A stretch of DNA of 64,000 bases from an uncultured Methylomirabilota bacterium (GCA_963845565.1 CAWJSJ010000001.1:448001-512000), one strand, 5' to 3'; shown: positions 26,780 through 37,046, counted from the stretch's first letter. Notes: generated by a model not told the origin, from the sequence alone. Made by a program: numbers and translations.

Positions 26780-27995
26780 TCGCGTCGCCATCACGGGGAT
26801 GGGGATCGTGACGTGCTACGGCATCGGCACGTCCGCGACCTGGGGAAAGATCCTCGCCGGGGAACCCGGCATCCGCCCCATCACTCTCTTTGACACGTCC
26901 GATTATCGCGTGACGCGGGCGGGGGAGTTTACCGATCTTCCGGTCGCGCCGTGGCGGCGATTCCGTGCCACGCGGATGGACCGCGCCTCCAACCTGTTGC
27001 ATCATGCGCTCGCCGGCGCACTGGGCGGGTTGGACATGCCGGCGACCGCCACGGTGCCCGTGCCGCCCCTGGTGGTCCTCGGCACCACACTCGGGGGCAT
27101 GACCTCGGGGGAGCAATACCATGGGATGTATCTCCGGAAAGGGCCGGCCCTGGCGCGACCTTCCCTGGTGGTGGGGCACCTCGCCCAAGCGCAGGTCCTC
27201 CAAATCATGGACGAGTTCTCGCTTCCGGGCGTGCCGCGCATCTTTTTGAACGCGTGCACGTCAAGCGCCAACGCCATCGGCCATGCGTTCCGCGCGGTTC
27301 GCGGCGGGCGGGCCCAGGTCGCGCTGTGCGGAGGGTATGACGCGCTGTGCGTTTTCGGGTTCACGGGGTTCCACTCGCTCCAGGCGCTGACGACCGACGT
27401 GTGCCGGCCGTTCGATCGGAGTCGCGACGGGCTTTCGATCGGCGAAGGGGCCGGGATCCTCCTCCTCGAGTCGTGGGACCGCGCCCAGGCGCGTGGGGCG
27501 CCGATCCTCGGAGAGATCGTCGGGTACGGGGAATCGACCGATGCGTTCCACATGACGCGCCCGGAACCCGAGGGTTGCATGGCGGCGCTGGCGATCCAGG
27601 CCGCCGTCCGGGACGCCGGGATCAGCGCCGCGGAGGTGGATTACGTGAACGCGCACGGAACCGGGACACCGTTCAACGACCGGTCGGAGACGGCCGCCCT
27701 GGTGGCCGCCATGGGGGAGCGTGCCTATACGATTCCGGTGAGCTCCACCAAGGCGATGATTGGCCATCTGCTGGGCGGGGCCGGTGCCGCGGAAGCGATT
27801 CTCACCGTGTTGGCCCTCAGGGACGCATGGCTTCCGCCGAATGGGAATTACCAGACGCCCGATCCCGACTGCGCCCTACGGATCGTCCGGCAGGCGGAAC
27901 GGCCGACACGCATGCGGTATGCGCTCTCCAATTCCTTCGGCTTCGGCGGAGCCAACGCCACCCTGGCGTTCCGAAGTGTGCGGGCGGACTCCTGA
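26772..27995 (+). CDS. fabF: Beta-ketoacyl-ACP synthase (FabF-like, active) 1
   Basis: RVAITGMG, NACTSS (catalytic Cys), AHGTGT..ND, KAMIGHLLG, SNSFGFGG.N. Confidence 0.92.
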   Translation: MTSRVAITGMGIVTCYGIGTSATWGKILAGEPGIRPITLFDTSDYRVTRAGEFTDLPVAPWRRFRATRMDRASNLLHHALAGALGGLDMPATATVPVPPLVVLGTTLGGMTSGEQYHGMYLRKGPALARPSLVVGHLAQAQVLQIMDEFSLPGVPRIFLNACTSSANAIGHAFRAVRGGRAQVALCGGYDALCVFGFTGFHSLQALTTDVCRPFDRSRDGLSIGEGAGILLLESWDRAQARGAPILGEIVGYGESTDAFHMTRPEPEGCMAALAIQAAVRDAGISAAEVDYVNAHGTGTPFNDRSETAALVAAMGERAYTIPVSSTKAMIGHLLGGAGAAEAILTVLALRDAWLPPNGNYQTPDPDCALRIVRQAERPTRMRYALSNSFGFGGANATLAFRSVRADS

Positions 27996-29062
27996 TGGAC
28001 AGGGTCGCGATTTCGGGTATCGGCATCGTGAGCCCCGGGGCGTTCGGGCGAGAGGCGTTTCTCCGGACCCTCTCGCCCGAACGCCGGACGGATCCGACCT
28101 TTCGGGTTCCCGAGTTTGCCCTCGAACACCACCTGGACAACGCGCGATCGTTCCGCCGGGTTGCCGATGCGACCAAGTTCGCCCTGACCAGTATGGCTCT
28201 GGCGATTGCCGATGCAGGATTCCGTGCCGCCGACTTCGGGGGCGAGCGAGCGGGTCTCGTGGTCGGGGTCAGCCACGGCGCGGTGACCTACGCCGTGGAG
28301 TTTCACCGGACCCTCTTGCGGGAAGGGGCGCTCTCGGCGTCGCCCCTCTATTTTTCCGAATCGGTTCCGAATGCACCGGCAGGAAACGGAGCCATCGCGT
28401 TCCAGATCCGCGGCCCGGTGCACACACTGATCGGGGACGAACCGGTCGGGACGCAAGCCATCGATCTTGCCTCCACCCTGCTCTACGACGGGTGCGTGGA
28501 TCGCTGCGTGGTGGCCGGAACCGAGGAATGGAACGGGGTGGTGGCGCACGCGTACGCCCAGATGGACCACGTCCATCGGAACGGCCGGGACCGCGGGGAC
28601 ACCCCTGCGCTGAGTGACGGGGCCGCGGCGTTGGTGCTCGAGCTGGAAAGTACGGTCGCGAGGCGGAAGGCGACGCCTCATGCGGTCATCGGCGGATGGC
28701 ACCTTGGGCGGTGCCTGGCGGGCTCGCTCGAGGACGCGATGGCGGATACCATCCGCGTGGCGTTCGGACCCACCGGGCATCCTGCCGCGGAGGCGGATCA
28801 TGTCGTGCCTCCCACGGGTCGGCACCGTCGTGCCGCGATGCGCGGCGTGGGTGCGGCGCGCGGGACTGCAGCAGGACAGCCGACGTGGCTTGACCTCCTT
28901 CCCGTCCTGGGCAACCCGATGGGGGCCTCCAATCTGTTCCAGGTCGCGATCTCGGCGGCCCTGATCTCGAACGGAACGCTGGCAGGGCCGGGCCTGGTCG
29001 TGTCCACGGGTATCCAGCGTACGCTGGCGGCCGTCGTGATTTCGGCAGCGGAACGGGAGTGA
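27995..29062 (+). CDS. KS-like protein lacking the catalytic triad (chain-length-factor-like) 1
   Basis: RVAISGIG, ASPL.F.ESV.NA..G..AI...IRGP..T, LSDGAAALVLE. Cys position reads GDEPVG, no HGTGT. Confidence 0.8.
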   Translation: MDRVAISGIGIVSPGAFGREAFLRTLSPERRTDPTFRVPEFALEHHLDNARSFRRVADATKFALTSMALAIADAGFRAADFGGERAGLVVGVSHGAVTYAVEFHRTLLREGALSASPLYFSESVPNAPAGNGAIAFQIRGPVHTLIGDEPVGTQAIDLASTLLYDGCVDRCVVAGTEEWNGVVAHAYAQMDHVHRNGRDRGDTPALSDGAAALVLELESTVARRKATPHAVIGGWHLGRCLAGSLEDAMADTIRVAFGPTGHPAAEADHVVPPTGRHRRAAMRGVGAARGTAAGQPTWLDLLPVLGNPMGASNLFQVAISAALISNGTLAGPGLVVSTGIQRTLAAVVISAAERE

Positions 29063-30195
29063 CCGGGGTGGACGATCTGCGTTGCGCGCTGCGCGAGATC
29101 CACGGTGGGGCGGTCGCAAAGCGTCTTCTGGCAGATATTCTGTGCTGGGCCGAGCGCGACGGCGTGTTGGAGCGCATGCGCAGGCTGTCCCATTTTACCG
29201 AGGCGGACCTCTGCCGCGCCCTGGATTCCGATCTCGGGTACGCGCTCGGTGCCGGGAATCGGCGACGCATGATCCGGCTCCTCCTCTGCTTGCTTGGCGA
29301 GTGTGGGCGCCTGCGGGAGGCGGATGGAACGTGGGCGTGGCGCTCGGACGGTTCGACCCACGGCCTGGAGAGCGACGAGGAGTCACCTCCGGCGGAGGGA
29401 CGATCGGCCACGGACGCGCAATACGGCTTTTTCCATCGGTGTCTGGAATCCGTCCCGACCTACCTGCGCGGCGGGAGCTCTTCCGTACTCTTTGACCAGA
29501 CGCACGCGGCGGTCTGGGACAGTTTCCTGGGCTGCGCGGAATTCCAGACCTGTCGCTCGCTGCTTCTCGAATTGATGGGAATCGAACGGCACCCCTCCTG
29601 TCGCTTCCTGGATCTGTGCCACGGCCCCGGCTGGGGGATGGAGGCGGCGATCTCCCGGTTTCCGGCGATCCGGGTCACCGCCGTGGACTTCACGGATGTC
29701 TTTCGGGACACGGCGAGAGCGCGGGCGGAGCGCGCGCAGGCCAGCAACCGGCAGCGGGGCCACATGGCTGTTCCGATCACCTGGGTGGGCCCCGAGCAAT
29801 GGCACGGGTTTGGGGACCCCCTCCCGTTTCCCGACTGTGCGTTCGATGCCGTCTTCTTCACCTGCGGGGACCCGTATATTCCTCGCCCCTTGCGGGGGGC
29901 CGTGTATCGAGAACTCGGCCGACTTCTCGCGCCGGGCGGACGGCTGGGAGTCCTGACACGGTCCTGTCCGGATCGAGGCGCCCGACACGTCCCGTCGTTT
30001 TGGCTTCGCGTCTCCGCGCTGGCGCACGATTTCGCCGAGAGCGTGTGCGCAGGATGGGAGGGTTTTGCTGAGGCTGACGACACGATCCGATTGCTGGTGA
30101 GCGCCGGCTTTCAGGGGAGCATCAACGCATCAGGGGACATGAGTCTGCTGGATTCCTCGCTGTGGATCCTCAGGAAGCGGTGCGGCGATGGCTGA
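29059..30195 (+). CDS. Class I SAM-dependent methyltransferase
   Basis: FLDLCHGPG, V.AVDF, LPFPD.AFDAV, R.LAPGG.L. Confidence 0.8.
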   Translation: MTGVDDLRCALREIHGGAVAKRLLADILCWAERDGVLERMRRLSHFTEADLCRALDSDLGYALGAGNRRRMIRLLLCLLGECGRLREADGTWAWRSDGSTHGLESDEESPPAEGRSATDAQYGFFHRCLESVPTYLRGGSSSVLFDQTHAAVWDSFLGCAEFQTCRSLLLELMGIERHPSCRFLDLCHGPGWGMEAAISRFPAIRVTAVDFTDVFRDTARARAERAQASNRQRGHMAVPITWVGPEQWHGFGDPLPFPDCAFDAVFFTCGDPYIPRPLRGAVYRELGRLLAPGGRLGVLTRSCPDRGARHVPSFWLRVSALAHDFAESVCAGWEGFAEADDTIRLLVSAGFQGSINASGDMSLLDSSLWILRKRCGDG

Positions 30196-31393
30196 GACCG
30201 TGGTCGTTACGGGACTCGGCGTGGTGTCCCCGCTCAATCCCGAGGGTGACCTGGAACGATTCTGGGCATCGTTGTGCGCCGGAGATACGGCACTGTGTGA
30301 GGTGCATTCCTTCGACACCTCGCGGTATCCGTACCACGTAGCGGCGGAGATCGATCGGGATCGGTTGGGAGTCTCGGGTGCGACGGAGGCGCCAGCGTGG
30401 CGTATGGCCGAAGTGGCTTGCGATCAAGCGCTCACCCATGCCGCCGCCGCCCGGTGCACGTTCGAGCCCCGGCGCGCCGGCATCGTGGTCGGGACCGTGC
30501 TCGGTGGAACGACGACGGGCGAGCGGTACATTCGGGCTGAGAACCGAGAACGAGGACGTGATGTCGCGGTGCTGACACAGTATCCGCTCCGGGCCGTGGC
30601 CGCCCTCTTGGCGCGGAAGACGGGGTATGCCGGTTGCGCGCTGACCGTGTCGACCGCCTGTGCGTCGGGGACCGATGCCATCGGGCTGGCCTCCCGCCGG
30701 ATCGCGTCGGGCAGGGCGGACCTGATGATCGCAGGTGGCGTGGATGCCGTCTGCGAGCTTTCGTTTTCCGGTTTCGCCGCCTTGAAGGCTCTGACGACGG
30801 ACAAGGTGCGCCCCTTTTCGCGGAATCGGACGGGCTTGGCGCTCGGAGAGGGCGCGGCGTTCTTGGTCTTGGAGGCGGCGCACGCGGCGGCGCGCCGTGG
30901 GGCGTCGGTGCTCGGTGAGATCGCCGGCTACGCCTCCCGCGCCGACGCGGTCCATCTGACTGCGCCCCATCGTGGGGGGCGGGGGCTAGCCGCCGCGGCT
31001 GCGGCCGCCCTCCGCGACGGGGGGTGCCGCCCGGACGCGATCGACTATGTGAGTGCCCACGGGACGGGGACCCCCTATAACGATGCGATGGAAACGATGG
31101 CCCTCAAGACCGTCCTGGGGACCCACGCGCACCGGGTCGCAATCAGCTCGATCAAGGGAGCCCTCGGTCATGCATTCGGAGCCGCCGGGGCGATCGAAGC
31201 GGTGACGTGTCTCCTGGCGATGCGCGACGGCATCATCCCGCCGACCATCAATCTCGAGGAACCCGACCCGGCGTGCGATCTGGACTTCGTGCCGAACCGG
31301 GCGCGACGGACGACGGTGCGCGCCGCGCTGTCGCTCTCCGCGGGGTTCGGCGGGCAGAACGCCGTGCTGGCGATCCGGGCCCCCGCGCCATGA
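30188..31393 (+). CDS. fabF: Beta-ketoacyl-ACP synthase (FabF-like, active) 2
   Basis: VVVTGLG, STACASG, SAHGTGT..ND, SSIKG.LGH..GAAG, S.GFGGQN. Confidence 0.92.
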   Translation: MAETVVVTGLGVVSPLNPEGDLERFWASLCAGDTALCEVHSFDTSRYPYHVAAEIDRDRLGVSGATEAPAWRMAEVACDQALTHAAAARCTFEPRRAGIVVGTVLGGTTTGERYIRAENRERGRDVAVLTQYPLRAVAALLARKTGYAGCALTVSTACASGTDAIGLASRRIASGRADLMIAGGVDAVCELSFSGFAALKALTTDKVRPFSRNRTGLALGEGAAFLVLEAAHAAARRGASVLGEIAGYASRADAVHLTAPHRGGRGLAAAAAAALRDGGCRPDAIDYVSAHGTGTPYNDAMETMALKTVLGTHAHRVAISSIKGALGHAFGAAGAIEAVTCLLAMRDGIIPPTINLEEPDPACDLDFVPNRARRTTVRAALSLSAGFGGQNAVLAIRAPAP

Positions 31394-32358
31394 GCCACCC
31401 CGTTCGACTCGTCAGTATCGGAATCGCCCGAACCGATGGCGACGGGGCGGGGGTGAACGGAGGGCTCGCCGGTCGGCTCTCGGGGGCCCTGTCGGCGGTC
31501 TCGCGGGACGGCGCGCAGGTCCGCCTGGCGCACGGCATCGAGGAGGCGACGTTGATCGCCGCCTACGACGCGCTGCGTCTCGCCGGTGTGCGCACGCCGC
31601 TGGGGACCGCGGAGATCGGCGTTGCGCTGGGCGTGGAGGAGGGGATCGACGGCATCAAGGCCCAGTACTACCGGGAGGTCGTGAAAGACGGCCCGCTGGG
31701 CGCAAGCCCGATCGTTTTCCCCCTGACGACTCCCAACACCGTCGCCGCGCGTATCTCCATCGCCTTCGATCTGCGCGGAGAGATTGTTACCATGTGCGGC
31801 GGCACCCTGTCCGGGGCGCATGCCCTCGGGCGTGCGATGGAGGCGCTGCGCGAGGGGCGGTCGTCGGCCATGCTCGCCGGCGGTACGACGTCCGTGGAGC
31901 GGGAGTTCCTCGACGCGCTCTCCCTCGTCGGCGGGTTCGAGGGTGGGGCGCCGGGCTGCGCTGCGTGCCTGTTTCTCCTCCGGGCCCCGGGATCGGCCGA
32001 CGTGGGCAGCGTCGCGGGGCAGATCCTCGGGTATTCCGAAGCGGTCGGCGCGCACGACGTCCGGGATGCGGTCGAGGCATGTCTGCAGGACGCGGCGTTG
32101 GCGCCGTCGCAGGTCCGATCGGTGCGCGTGGCGTCGGCGCTCGATCCCCGCGTGTTGGTCGAGTCGGTCTGCGGGGTGGGTGTCGATGCGCCGATGCGCC
32201 GCTCTCCGTCCGCGCGGTGGTATTCCGCCTCGTTCCCTCTGGCCGTCGCGGAGGCCATCGGACAGGCAGCGGACGGACCGCGGGAGCCGACGCTGGTGGT
32301 GGGATCGGACTGTCTGGTGGGGGCCGCGGCTGCTGTCGTGCGAGGGGGAGGATGTTGA
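31390..32358 (+). CDS. KS-like protein lacking catalytic residues (chain-length-factor-like) 2
   Basis: GPLGASP..FP.TTPN.VA..ISI.FDLRG..VT. GGTLSG replaces TACASG, no HGTGT. Confidence 0.75.
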   Translation: MSHPVRLVSIGIARTDGDGAGVNGGLAGRLSGALSAVSRDGAQVRLAHGIEEATLIAAYDALRLAGVRTPLGTAEIGVALGVEEGIDGIKAQYYREVVKDGPLGASPIVFPLTTPNTVAARISIAFDLRGEIVTMCGGTLSGAHALGRAMEALREGRSSAMLAGGTTSVEREFLDALSLVGGFEGGAPGCAACLFLLRAPGSADVGSVAGQILGYSEAVGAHDVRDAVEACLQDAALAPSQVRSVRVASALDPRVLVESVCGVGVDAPMRRSPSARWYSASFPLAVAEAIGQAADGPREPTLVVGSDCLVGAAAAVVRGGGC

Positions 32359-33668
32359 CGTTCCATCCGGACATCTATCAACTGCCGGCCGCCGATATCG
32401 CGCGCATTCAGGACACGCTCCTGCGGGAGGCGATCGAGCGGGCCGCGCGCACCTCTCCCTTTTATCGCGCGCGGTTTTCCGGGGGTGGACCGGACCCGGC
32501 GGCGATCAGGTCGCGGGCCGATCTGACGCGGCTTCCTTTCACGTCCAAGGAGGACATCCAGGAACGCACGCCAGAGTTTTGGGCGGCACCGTGCGAGAGG
32601 CTGACGGAGTTGGTGGCCACGACCGGGACGACCGGGGAGCCCATCTACGTCGCGATGACGGATCGAGACCTGGAACGCCTGGGAGAGAACGAGCGGCGGG
32701 GGTTCACCTGGCTCGGCGCCAAGCCCGGCGACCGCTACCACATCGCCATTACTCTCGACAACCTCTTCGTGGCGGGATTGGCATATTACCTCGGTTTACA
32801 CCGCGTGGGCGCCAGGGCGATGCGTGTCGGCGCGCAACCGGTCCGGCGGCATCTTGACCTCATGAAACAGTTGCGGCCCGACGGGATTGTGGCCGTCCCC
32901 TCGTTGCTGCTCGCCCTGGCGAACCAGGCGCGCCGCGATGGCGATGATCTCGGCGCGTTCGCTCCCCGGAAAGCGATGCTGATCGGCGACGCCATCCGTG
33001 ACCGAGGCCTCGGCCCGAACGCGCTCGGCCGCGCCCTGGAGCGGGCATGGGGAGGGGAGCTGTTCTCGACCTACGGCCTCACCGAGGCGGGGCTGGCGTT
33101 CCACGAATGCCCGGTGCATCAGGGCCTTCATTCGCATCCGGATCTTGTGGTGGTGGAGATCGTGGACGACGCCGGCCGCACGGTGCCGGAGGGCGAGATC
33201 GGAGAACTGGTCATCACTTCCCTCCAGATGGAGGGGATGCCGCTCATCCGGTATCGCACGGGGGATGTCAGTTTCGTGGTGCCCGGCGCCTGCCCCTGCG
33301 GGAGAGGGGGCGATCGCATCGGCCCGATCCTGGGCCGGAAGCAGCACCGGTTGAAGGTGAAGGGGACCACGCTGTATCCGAAGACCATCGAGGACGCGCT
33401 GGTGGCGGTGGAGGGAGTCGAGAACTTCGTGATCGAGGCGCGGAACGGCGATGGCGAGACCGACGCCCTCCTCGTTCGCATTGGCGCCCTCCGCGACGAT
33501 CCCGGGTTTCGCCGGACGATCGGTGACGCGCTCTACGCCAAGGCCCGGGTGACGCCGGACATCGTGATCGCCGCTCCCGAGGCGATCGAGCGTCTGCTGT
33601 TCGAGGGCGGGCGGCGGAAACCACGGGTATTCGTCGACCTGCGAAAGACCGAGAGCACGTCGCGATGA
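32352..33668 (+). CDS. Phenylacetate-CoA ligase/F390 synthetase-like adenylating enzyme
   Basis: LPFT.K.D, TTGTTGEP, STYGLTE, EC....G.H, GELVIT.L....PLIRYRTGD, GR....K.KG. Confidence 0.9.
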   Translation: MLTFHPDIYQLPAADIARIQDTLLREAIERAARTSPFYRARFSGGGPDPAAIRSRADLTRLPFTSKEDIQERTPEFWAAPCERLTELVATTGTTGEPIYVAMTDRDLERLGENERRGFTWLGAKPGDRYHIAITLDNLFVAGLAYYLGLHRVGARAMRVGAQPVRRHLDLMKQLRPDGIVAVPSLLLALANQARRDGDDLGAFAPRKAMLIGDAIRDRGLGPNALGRALERAWGGELFSTYGLTEAGLAFHECPVHQGLHSHPDLVVVEIVDDAGRTVPEGEIGELVITSLQMEGMPLIRYRTGDVSFVVPGACPCGRGGDRIGPILGRKQHRLKVKGTTLYPKTIEDALVAVEGVENFVIEARNGDGETDALLVRIGALRDDPGFRRTIGDALYAKARVTPDIVIAAPEAIERLLFEGGRRKPRVFVDLRKTESTSR

Positions 33669-34735
33669 GCCACGAACTGGAATCGGACCTGGGATTCTCG
33701 CCGGCCGAGATCGCCGAATGCTTGGCCCGGGAGGGGCTGCTCTCTCTCGAATTGGAGTTCACCAAGAAGTGCAACCTGCGCTGCGTGTACTGCTACTCCG
33801 CTGCCGGGGAGGCCCTGGAGGGGGAGCTGTCGCTGGAGGAGATCCTCTCCGTCATCGAACAGGCCCGGGGGTTGGGAGCGCGAAAGGTCGTGCTTTTGGG
33901 CGGCGGGGAACCGTTCCTTTTCCCCCAGGTTGCGGAGATCGTCCGCCATATCCATTCCGTCGGTCTCTCGCAAGCCGTGTTCACGAACGGGATGCTGCTT
34001 GACGAGGAGATCTGCCGATTGCTTTTCGAATGCGGCGTGACGGTCGCGATCAAGCACAACAGCTTCCGGCCGGGGGTTCAGGACGATCTCGCCGGGGTGC
34101 CCGGCGCCCACCGATTGATCCGGCGTGGGTTGCGCCTTCTGATGGAAGCGGGATATCCAGCCGAAGGACGCTCCCTCTGCGTCCAGTCGATCATCTGTCC
34201 CCAAAACCGGGACGAGATCGAGGCGCTGTGGGTTTGGGCCCGGGAGCGCGGGATCACCCCGTATGTCGAGGTGCTGACCAACCAGGGGCGGGCGCGGCAG
34301 CATCCGGACCTTCACCTGTCCTCCGAGGAGCTCCATACCATCTTTCGCCGGCTCGCGGAGCTCGACCGGGAACGATTCGGCGCCCGATGGGTCCCACGGC
34401 CACCGATCGCGGGATTCACCTGCCGGCGCCATCTGTATAGCTGCCTGGTCAATTCGCAGGGGTGCGTGCAGCCGTGCATCGGTGTGGATCTGCCCGTCGG
34501 AAGTATCCGCGAGAAACCGTTGGCCGAGATCCTGCGAAGCAGTGCAGCCATCCGCGAGCTGCGCGGGATCTATCGGCGTATCGATCCTGCCTGCCGGGCG
34601 TGCGAGTTCGCCGGGGAATGCTACGGATGCCGGGGGAATGCCTTCCAAGCCACCGGCGACTATCTCGCCGCGGATCCGGATTGCTGGGTCACGCCCCGCC
34701 CTGAACCGGGACCGGCGCCTGACCGCACCGCGTGA
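33665..34735 (+). CDS. Radical SAM/SPASM domain protein
   Basis: CNLRCVYC, GGGEP, FTNG. SPASM: C.....C.V...G.V.PC...CRAC....C.GCR...DPDC. Confidence 0.92.
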   Translation: MSHELESDLGFSPAEIAECLAREGLLSLELEFTKKCNLRCVYCYSAAGEALEGELSLEEILSVIEQARGLGARKVVLLGGGEPFLFPQVAEIVRHIHSVGLSQAVFTNGMLLDEEICRLLFECGVTVAIKHNSFRPGVQDDLAGVPGAHRLIRRGLRLLMEAGYPAEGRSLCVQSIICPQNRDEIEALWVWARERGITPYVEVLTNQGRARQHPDLHLSSEELHTIFRRLAELDRERFGARWVPRPPIAGFTCRRHLYSCLVNSQGCVQPCIGVDLPVGSIREKPLAEILRSSAAIRELRGIYRRIDPACRACEFAGECYGCRGNAFQATGDYLAADPDCWVTPRPEPGPAPDRTA

Positions 34736-34745
34736 AGGGATACCC

Positions 34746-36110
34746 ATGCGGATTCTTCTCGTCTCGGTGAATCGCGCGTTGGCGCCGTATGCCGTGGCGC
34801 CGTTGGGGGTCTCCTATGTCGCCGGCGCGGCCAGAGCGGAGGGGCACGACGTGGCGTTACTCGACCTCTGTTTCTCGCAGGATGTGGCGGAGGACATCGC
34901 TCGCGCGCTTCACCGGTCCACTCCGGAGCTGATCGGCGTGTCGATCCGGAACGTGGATAATCTGACCTTCCCTGCCTCGGTCTCCTATCTCGAGGAGATC
35001 CGGGCAGCCGTTGCCGCCCTGCGATCGCAGTCCCGCGCCCCAATGGTCCTCGGGGGCCCCGGCTTCTCCATCTTTCCTGAGCGGCTGCTGTCCTTGCTCG
35101 GGGTCGAGTTCGGTGTGATCGGGGAAGGGGAAGAGACCTTCTGTCTGCTGGCGCGGCATCTGGCCGAGGGCGGGGTTGTCCCCGAACTTCCGAACCTCCT
35201 GCGACGGGGCGGGGACGCGCGCCGTATTTCCAGAGTGGCGGCCCCCTTTGCCGGCAACGGGAGACCGGCCCGCGACCTGCTCGACAACCCGCGATATCTC
35301 ACGCTCGGTGGAATGGCGAACCTGCAAACCAAACGCGGTTGCCCGTTTCAGTGCACCTACTGTACGTATCCTCACATTCATGGCGAGTCCCTCCGGCTGC
35401 GTCCGCCCGCCGACGTGGTGGATGAGTTGGCGTCGATGGTCGAGGAGTCCGGCCTCGATGAGGTGTTTTTTGTGGATGACATCTTCACCTGGCCCCCGGA
35501 CCATGCCCTGGGGATCTGTGACGAGATCGCGCGTCGGAAGCTTCGGGTGGGGTGGACCTGCTTCGCGACGCCCCTCGGGATGACTCCGGATCTGGCCCGG
35601 GCGATGAAGCGCGCCGGTTGCCGCGGTGTGGAGTTCGGCACGGATACGGCATCGCCGCGCGTGTTGCGAGCCCTCGGCAAGCCGTTCCCCCAGGAGCAGA
35701 TCGGCGCGGCCTCCCGGGCGTGCCGAGAGGCCGACGTGCCCGATGCCCACTACCTGATCTTCGGGGGACCCAGGGAGAGCCCGGACACGATGGCGGAGAC
35801 GTTTGCCTTCTTCGACGAGATCGCGCCGCGAGCGGTCCTCGCGTTTCTCGGCATCCGGGTGTATCCGCACACCGGTCTTCACGAGATGGCGGTGTCCGAC
35901 GGCGTCGTCGACGCGAGCGATGATCTGCTTGCGCCCCGATTCTACGTCTCTCCGGAGATCGGGGCGGACGCGTTGCAGGCCGCGGTCGATTCGCATGCCG
36001 CGGGCCGCCCGAACTGGGTTGTGCCCGGGTTGGGCGTCCGGTCGGACCCGGCACTCCTCGCGGCGCTACGGCGGATGGGATGCCGCGGTCCGCTGTGGAA
36101 CCTGTTGTGA
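34746..36110 (+). CDS. B12-binding radical SAM protein (lipid-biosynthesis type)
   Basis: PLGVSYVA, IGVSIRNVDN, VLGG.GFSIFP, GEGE, QTKRGCPFQCTYCTYP, FFVDD.F, GIRVYP.T. Confidence 0.92.
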   Translation: MRILLVSVNRALAPYAVAPLGVSYVAGAARAEGHDVALLDLCFSQDVAEDIARALHRSTPELIGVSIRNVDNLTFPASVSYLEEIRAAVAALRSQSRAPMVLGGPGFSIFPERLLSLLGVEFGVIGEGEETFCLLARHLAEGGVVPELPNLLRRGGDARRISRVAAPFAGNGRPARDLLDNPRYLTLGGMANLQTKRGCPFQCTYCTYPHIHGESLRLRPPADVVDELASMVEESGLDEVFFVDDIFTWPPDHALGICDEIARRKLRVGWTCFATPLGMTPDLARAMKRAGCRGVEFGTDTASPRVLRALGKPFPQEQIGAASRACREADVPDAHYLIFGGPRESPDTMAETFAFFDEIAPRAVLAFLGIRVYPHTGLHEMAVSDGVVDASDDLLAPRFYVSPEIGADALQAAVDSHAAGRPNWVVPGLGVRSDPALLAALRRMGCRGPLWNLL

Positions 36111-36195
36111 CGCCCACCACTCGGGACGCTCCTGCAGGGCAGATCGGCGGGTGTCGCCCGGGACGGGAGCCCGTCAGGGAAAGGCAGGCGGGGAG

Positions 36196-36924
36196 ATGGG
36201 GCAGGTAGTGCTGGTCACCGGCGGAAGCCGCGGGATCGGGCGCAGCGTTGTGTTGGCCTTCGCCGACCCCGGCGCGTTCGTCGGTATCAATTACCGGCGT
36301 GAGGCGGACGCCGCCGCGGAGGCTCTGGCAGAGGTCCGGCGTCGGGGTGCCGACGGGATGACGTTGCAGGCGGATGTCACCGATCTGAGTCAAGTCCGCT
36401 CGATGGTCGGCGCGTTGGCTGCCCGCTGCGGCGGGATCGACGTCCTGGTCAACAACGCGGGGGTCAACCGGGACGGCCTCCTTGCCATGATGGACCCTCA
36501 GGATTGGGATACGGTCCTCGATCTCAATTTGAAAGGCGTGTTCCACTGCTGTAAGGTCGTCGGGCGCGTCCTGATGACGCAACGGCGCGGCGCGATCGTG
36601 AACGTGTCCTCGCTGAGCGGGATCATCGGTTTACCGGGGCAAACCAACTACGCCGCCGCCAAGGGGGGCGTGAACGCCTTGACGCGGGCCCTGGCGCAGG
36701 AAATGGGGCGGTTCGGGGTTCGCGTGAATGCCGTCGCCCCCGGTCTGGTGGACGGCGAGATGACGGCGAGGATTCCTGCCGCTCAGCGTGCGCGGTTGAT
36801 GGCCGGCATTCCGATGGGTCGAATGGCGACCCCGGAGGAGGTTGCCGCCGTGGTCAGATTCCTTGCCTCCGATGCCGCATCCTACATCACGGGACAAGTC
36901 CTTCCGGTGACCGGTGGAATCTGA
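36196..36924 (+). CDS. fabG: 3-oxoacyl-ACP reductase
   Basis: TGGSRGIG, VNNAG..RD, NYAAAK, VNAVAPG, YITGQ. Confidence 0.93.
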   Translation: MGQVVLVTGGSRGIGRSVVLAFADPGAFVGINYRREADAAAEALAEVRRRGADGMTLQADVTDLSQVRSMVGALAARCGGIDVLVNNAGVNRDGLLAMMDPQDWDTVLDLNLKGVFHCCKVVGRVLMTQRRGAIVNVSSLSGIIGLPGQTNYAAAKGGVNALTRALAQEMGRFGVRVNAVAPGLVDGEMTARIPAAQRARLMAGIPMGRMATPEEVAAVVRFLASDAASYITGQVLPVTGGI

Positions 36925-37017
36925 CCCGATCGCGCACACGTCCCGCGCGAACGGGCGCGCACCTGCACACGCCGGGCGACGGATGCGCCGCAGCAACATT
37001 TCCCCTGCAAAACAACT

Positions 37018-37046
37018 TTGACGGTCTGCTCGGGCCTTGGTATTCT
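37018..37046 (+). promoter_or_regulatory. Internal sigma70-type promoter upstream of the ACP gene
   Basis: TTGACG-N17-TATTCT with an extended TG, in a ~250-bp gap. Confidence 0.65.

Noticed and set aside
33665..34735. RiPP system (SPASM radical SAMs or ATP-grasp acting on a precursor peptide, e.g. the K-rich micropeptides)
   Set aside because: There is no precursor, RRE/PqqD domain or peptidase-transporter in the cluster. The context is fatty-acyl, and the micropeptides lie in a separate transcription unit without typical modifiable core residues.
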